Source: Squalus acanthias
Taxonomy: Eukaryota
Length of the DNA stretch: 64,000 nt
NCBI GenBank assembly: GCA_030390025.1
Contig: CM059432.1
Span: 46,502,001 to 46,566,000, forward strand
Direction of reading: 5' to 3'
The position numbers and the translations under genes were made by a program. This document shows positions 63,001 to 64,000 of this stretch, in pieces. Within the stretch, counting starts at the first letter, position 1. Each line of letters opens with the position of its first letter. The notes below the pieces were generated by a model. That model did not search any database. It saw nothing but the letters and a program-made list of their open reading frames with translations, and had not been told where the DNA came from.

Positions 63001-64000
63001 ATAAGAACTCTTTGTTGAATGTGTCATTAAATACTTTTCTCTGATTTGTGTTTATGAGATTCATTAAAATGGACCTAAATTATCTGAACTCCTGTAATCT
63101 TACAGAGGGAAATTAATCTTGCTGGAAGATCTATTTATTATTACAAACCCAGAGTTAATCAATGGTGAAAAAGGATGGAATAAATGGATATTTAATTAGT
63201 AGTGCAAACATGTAATAATCTGCATTCAAATCATTGCACTGTTCTTTAACTACTGAACTTTTGGATTCACCGTCAAACAGTTCACTGTTGATGAACTTTC
63301 TGAATCTACAGGAGTATGTCTGGAAGTGTCAACAGACAGAGCAACATAGCATTTTAACATTACCACCCATTCTCACTCACATCGATGTCTTTTTGTCAGA
63401 AGTATTAAATTTAAAGGGAGCTTATTAAGTATTTTTTTACTATCTTTAAGTCATAGGGATCTAACAAAGCTGATGGTAGCCATGAAGTCCAGTCAATTTA
63501 AAAAATAATGGTTTGAAAAGAAATATGATACAAAATGAAGGAAATAAAATGAATGCTATAGTAAGATGACATACCATAGCAGCCAAACTACAGTGCCTCA
63601 CCCCATTCTTCATATGTGAGCCCTGGTAGCAAGCTATTCAACGACATAAGTCACCACAATCAAGCCCAATCCTGTACTCACCCAACATTCGCGGATATAC
63701 ACTAACAACAGGGGTCGTTGGATAAATCAAGAGTGGGAACCATAGCCATTGTTTCTCTCACTAACACAAGGCCAATTGTAACACCCTTGCCACTGCTAAT
63801 ACAGCATACACCAGGGATTGAACGTGGGACAGTCCTGGTCTGTATGGGTCATCTATTCAGCGTGTGAACCCACTGAGTCATTGCATACTCCTCTCCTTTC
63901 TTTAAAGGGAAGACTCCAGACAGATGTCAATCAAAATATTATCAGTAAGCATTGCAATATGCAAAACTCATGATAACTGCACCATCTTTCAGTGTGTTTG

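Overview
Vertebrate genomic DNA, most likely from a cartilaginous fish (inferred from an HE1/V-type SINE, Deu-type SINEs and the CR1/L2 repertoire). The window holds the 3' part of MMP16 (MT3-MMP) on the + strand: four spliced exons at 26760-26898, 48230-48380, 56515-56630 and 59707-60041 (stop). They encode the hemopexin repeats, the transmembrane helix and the cytoplasmic tail ending KRKGTPRHILYCKRSMQEWV, and are followed by a long, TE-poor putative 3' UTR. The introns are packed with nested LINEs (CR1, L2, RTE), SINEs, Penelope-like palindromic remnants with hammerhead-like cores, a Tigger-like MITE and a large PIF/Harbinger family. That family includes one near full-length two-gene copy (DDE transposase plus a convergent 3-exon Myb/SANT gene with a 21-bp heptad-coding repeat), deletion derivatives and many MITEs with 3-bp TSDs. 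The most unusual signal is a ~750-bp Harbinger-type MITE present twice (15472-16237, 58782-59512). Its internal hairpins differ between the copies by compensatory base-pair changes, and it carries clustered ACTTACC(T) motifs. No clear novel protein-coding system was found. All calls are by eye, with no database searches; exon numbers follow recalled MT-MMP gene structure.
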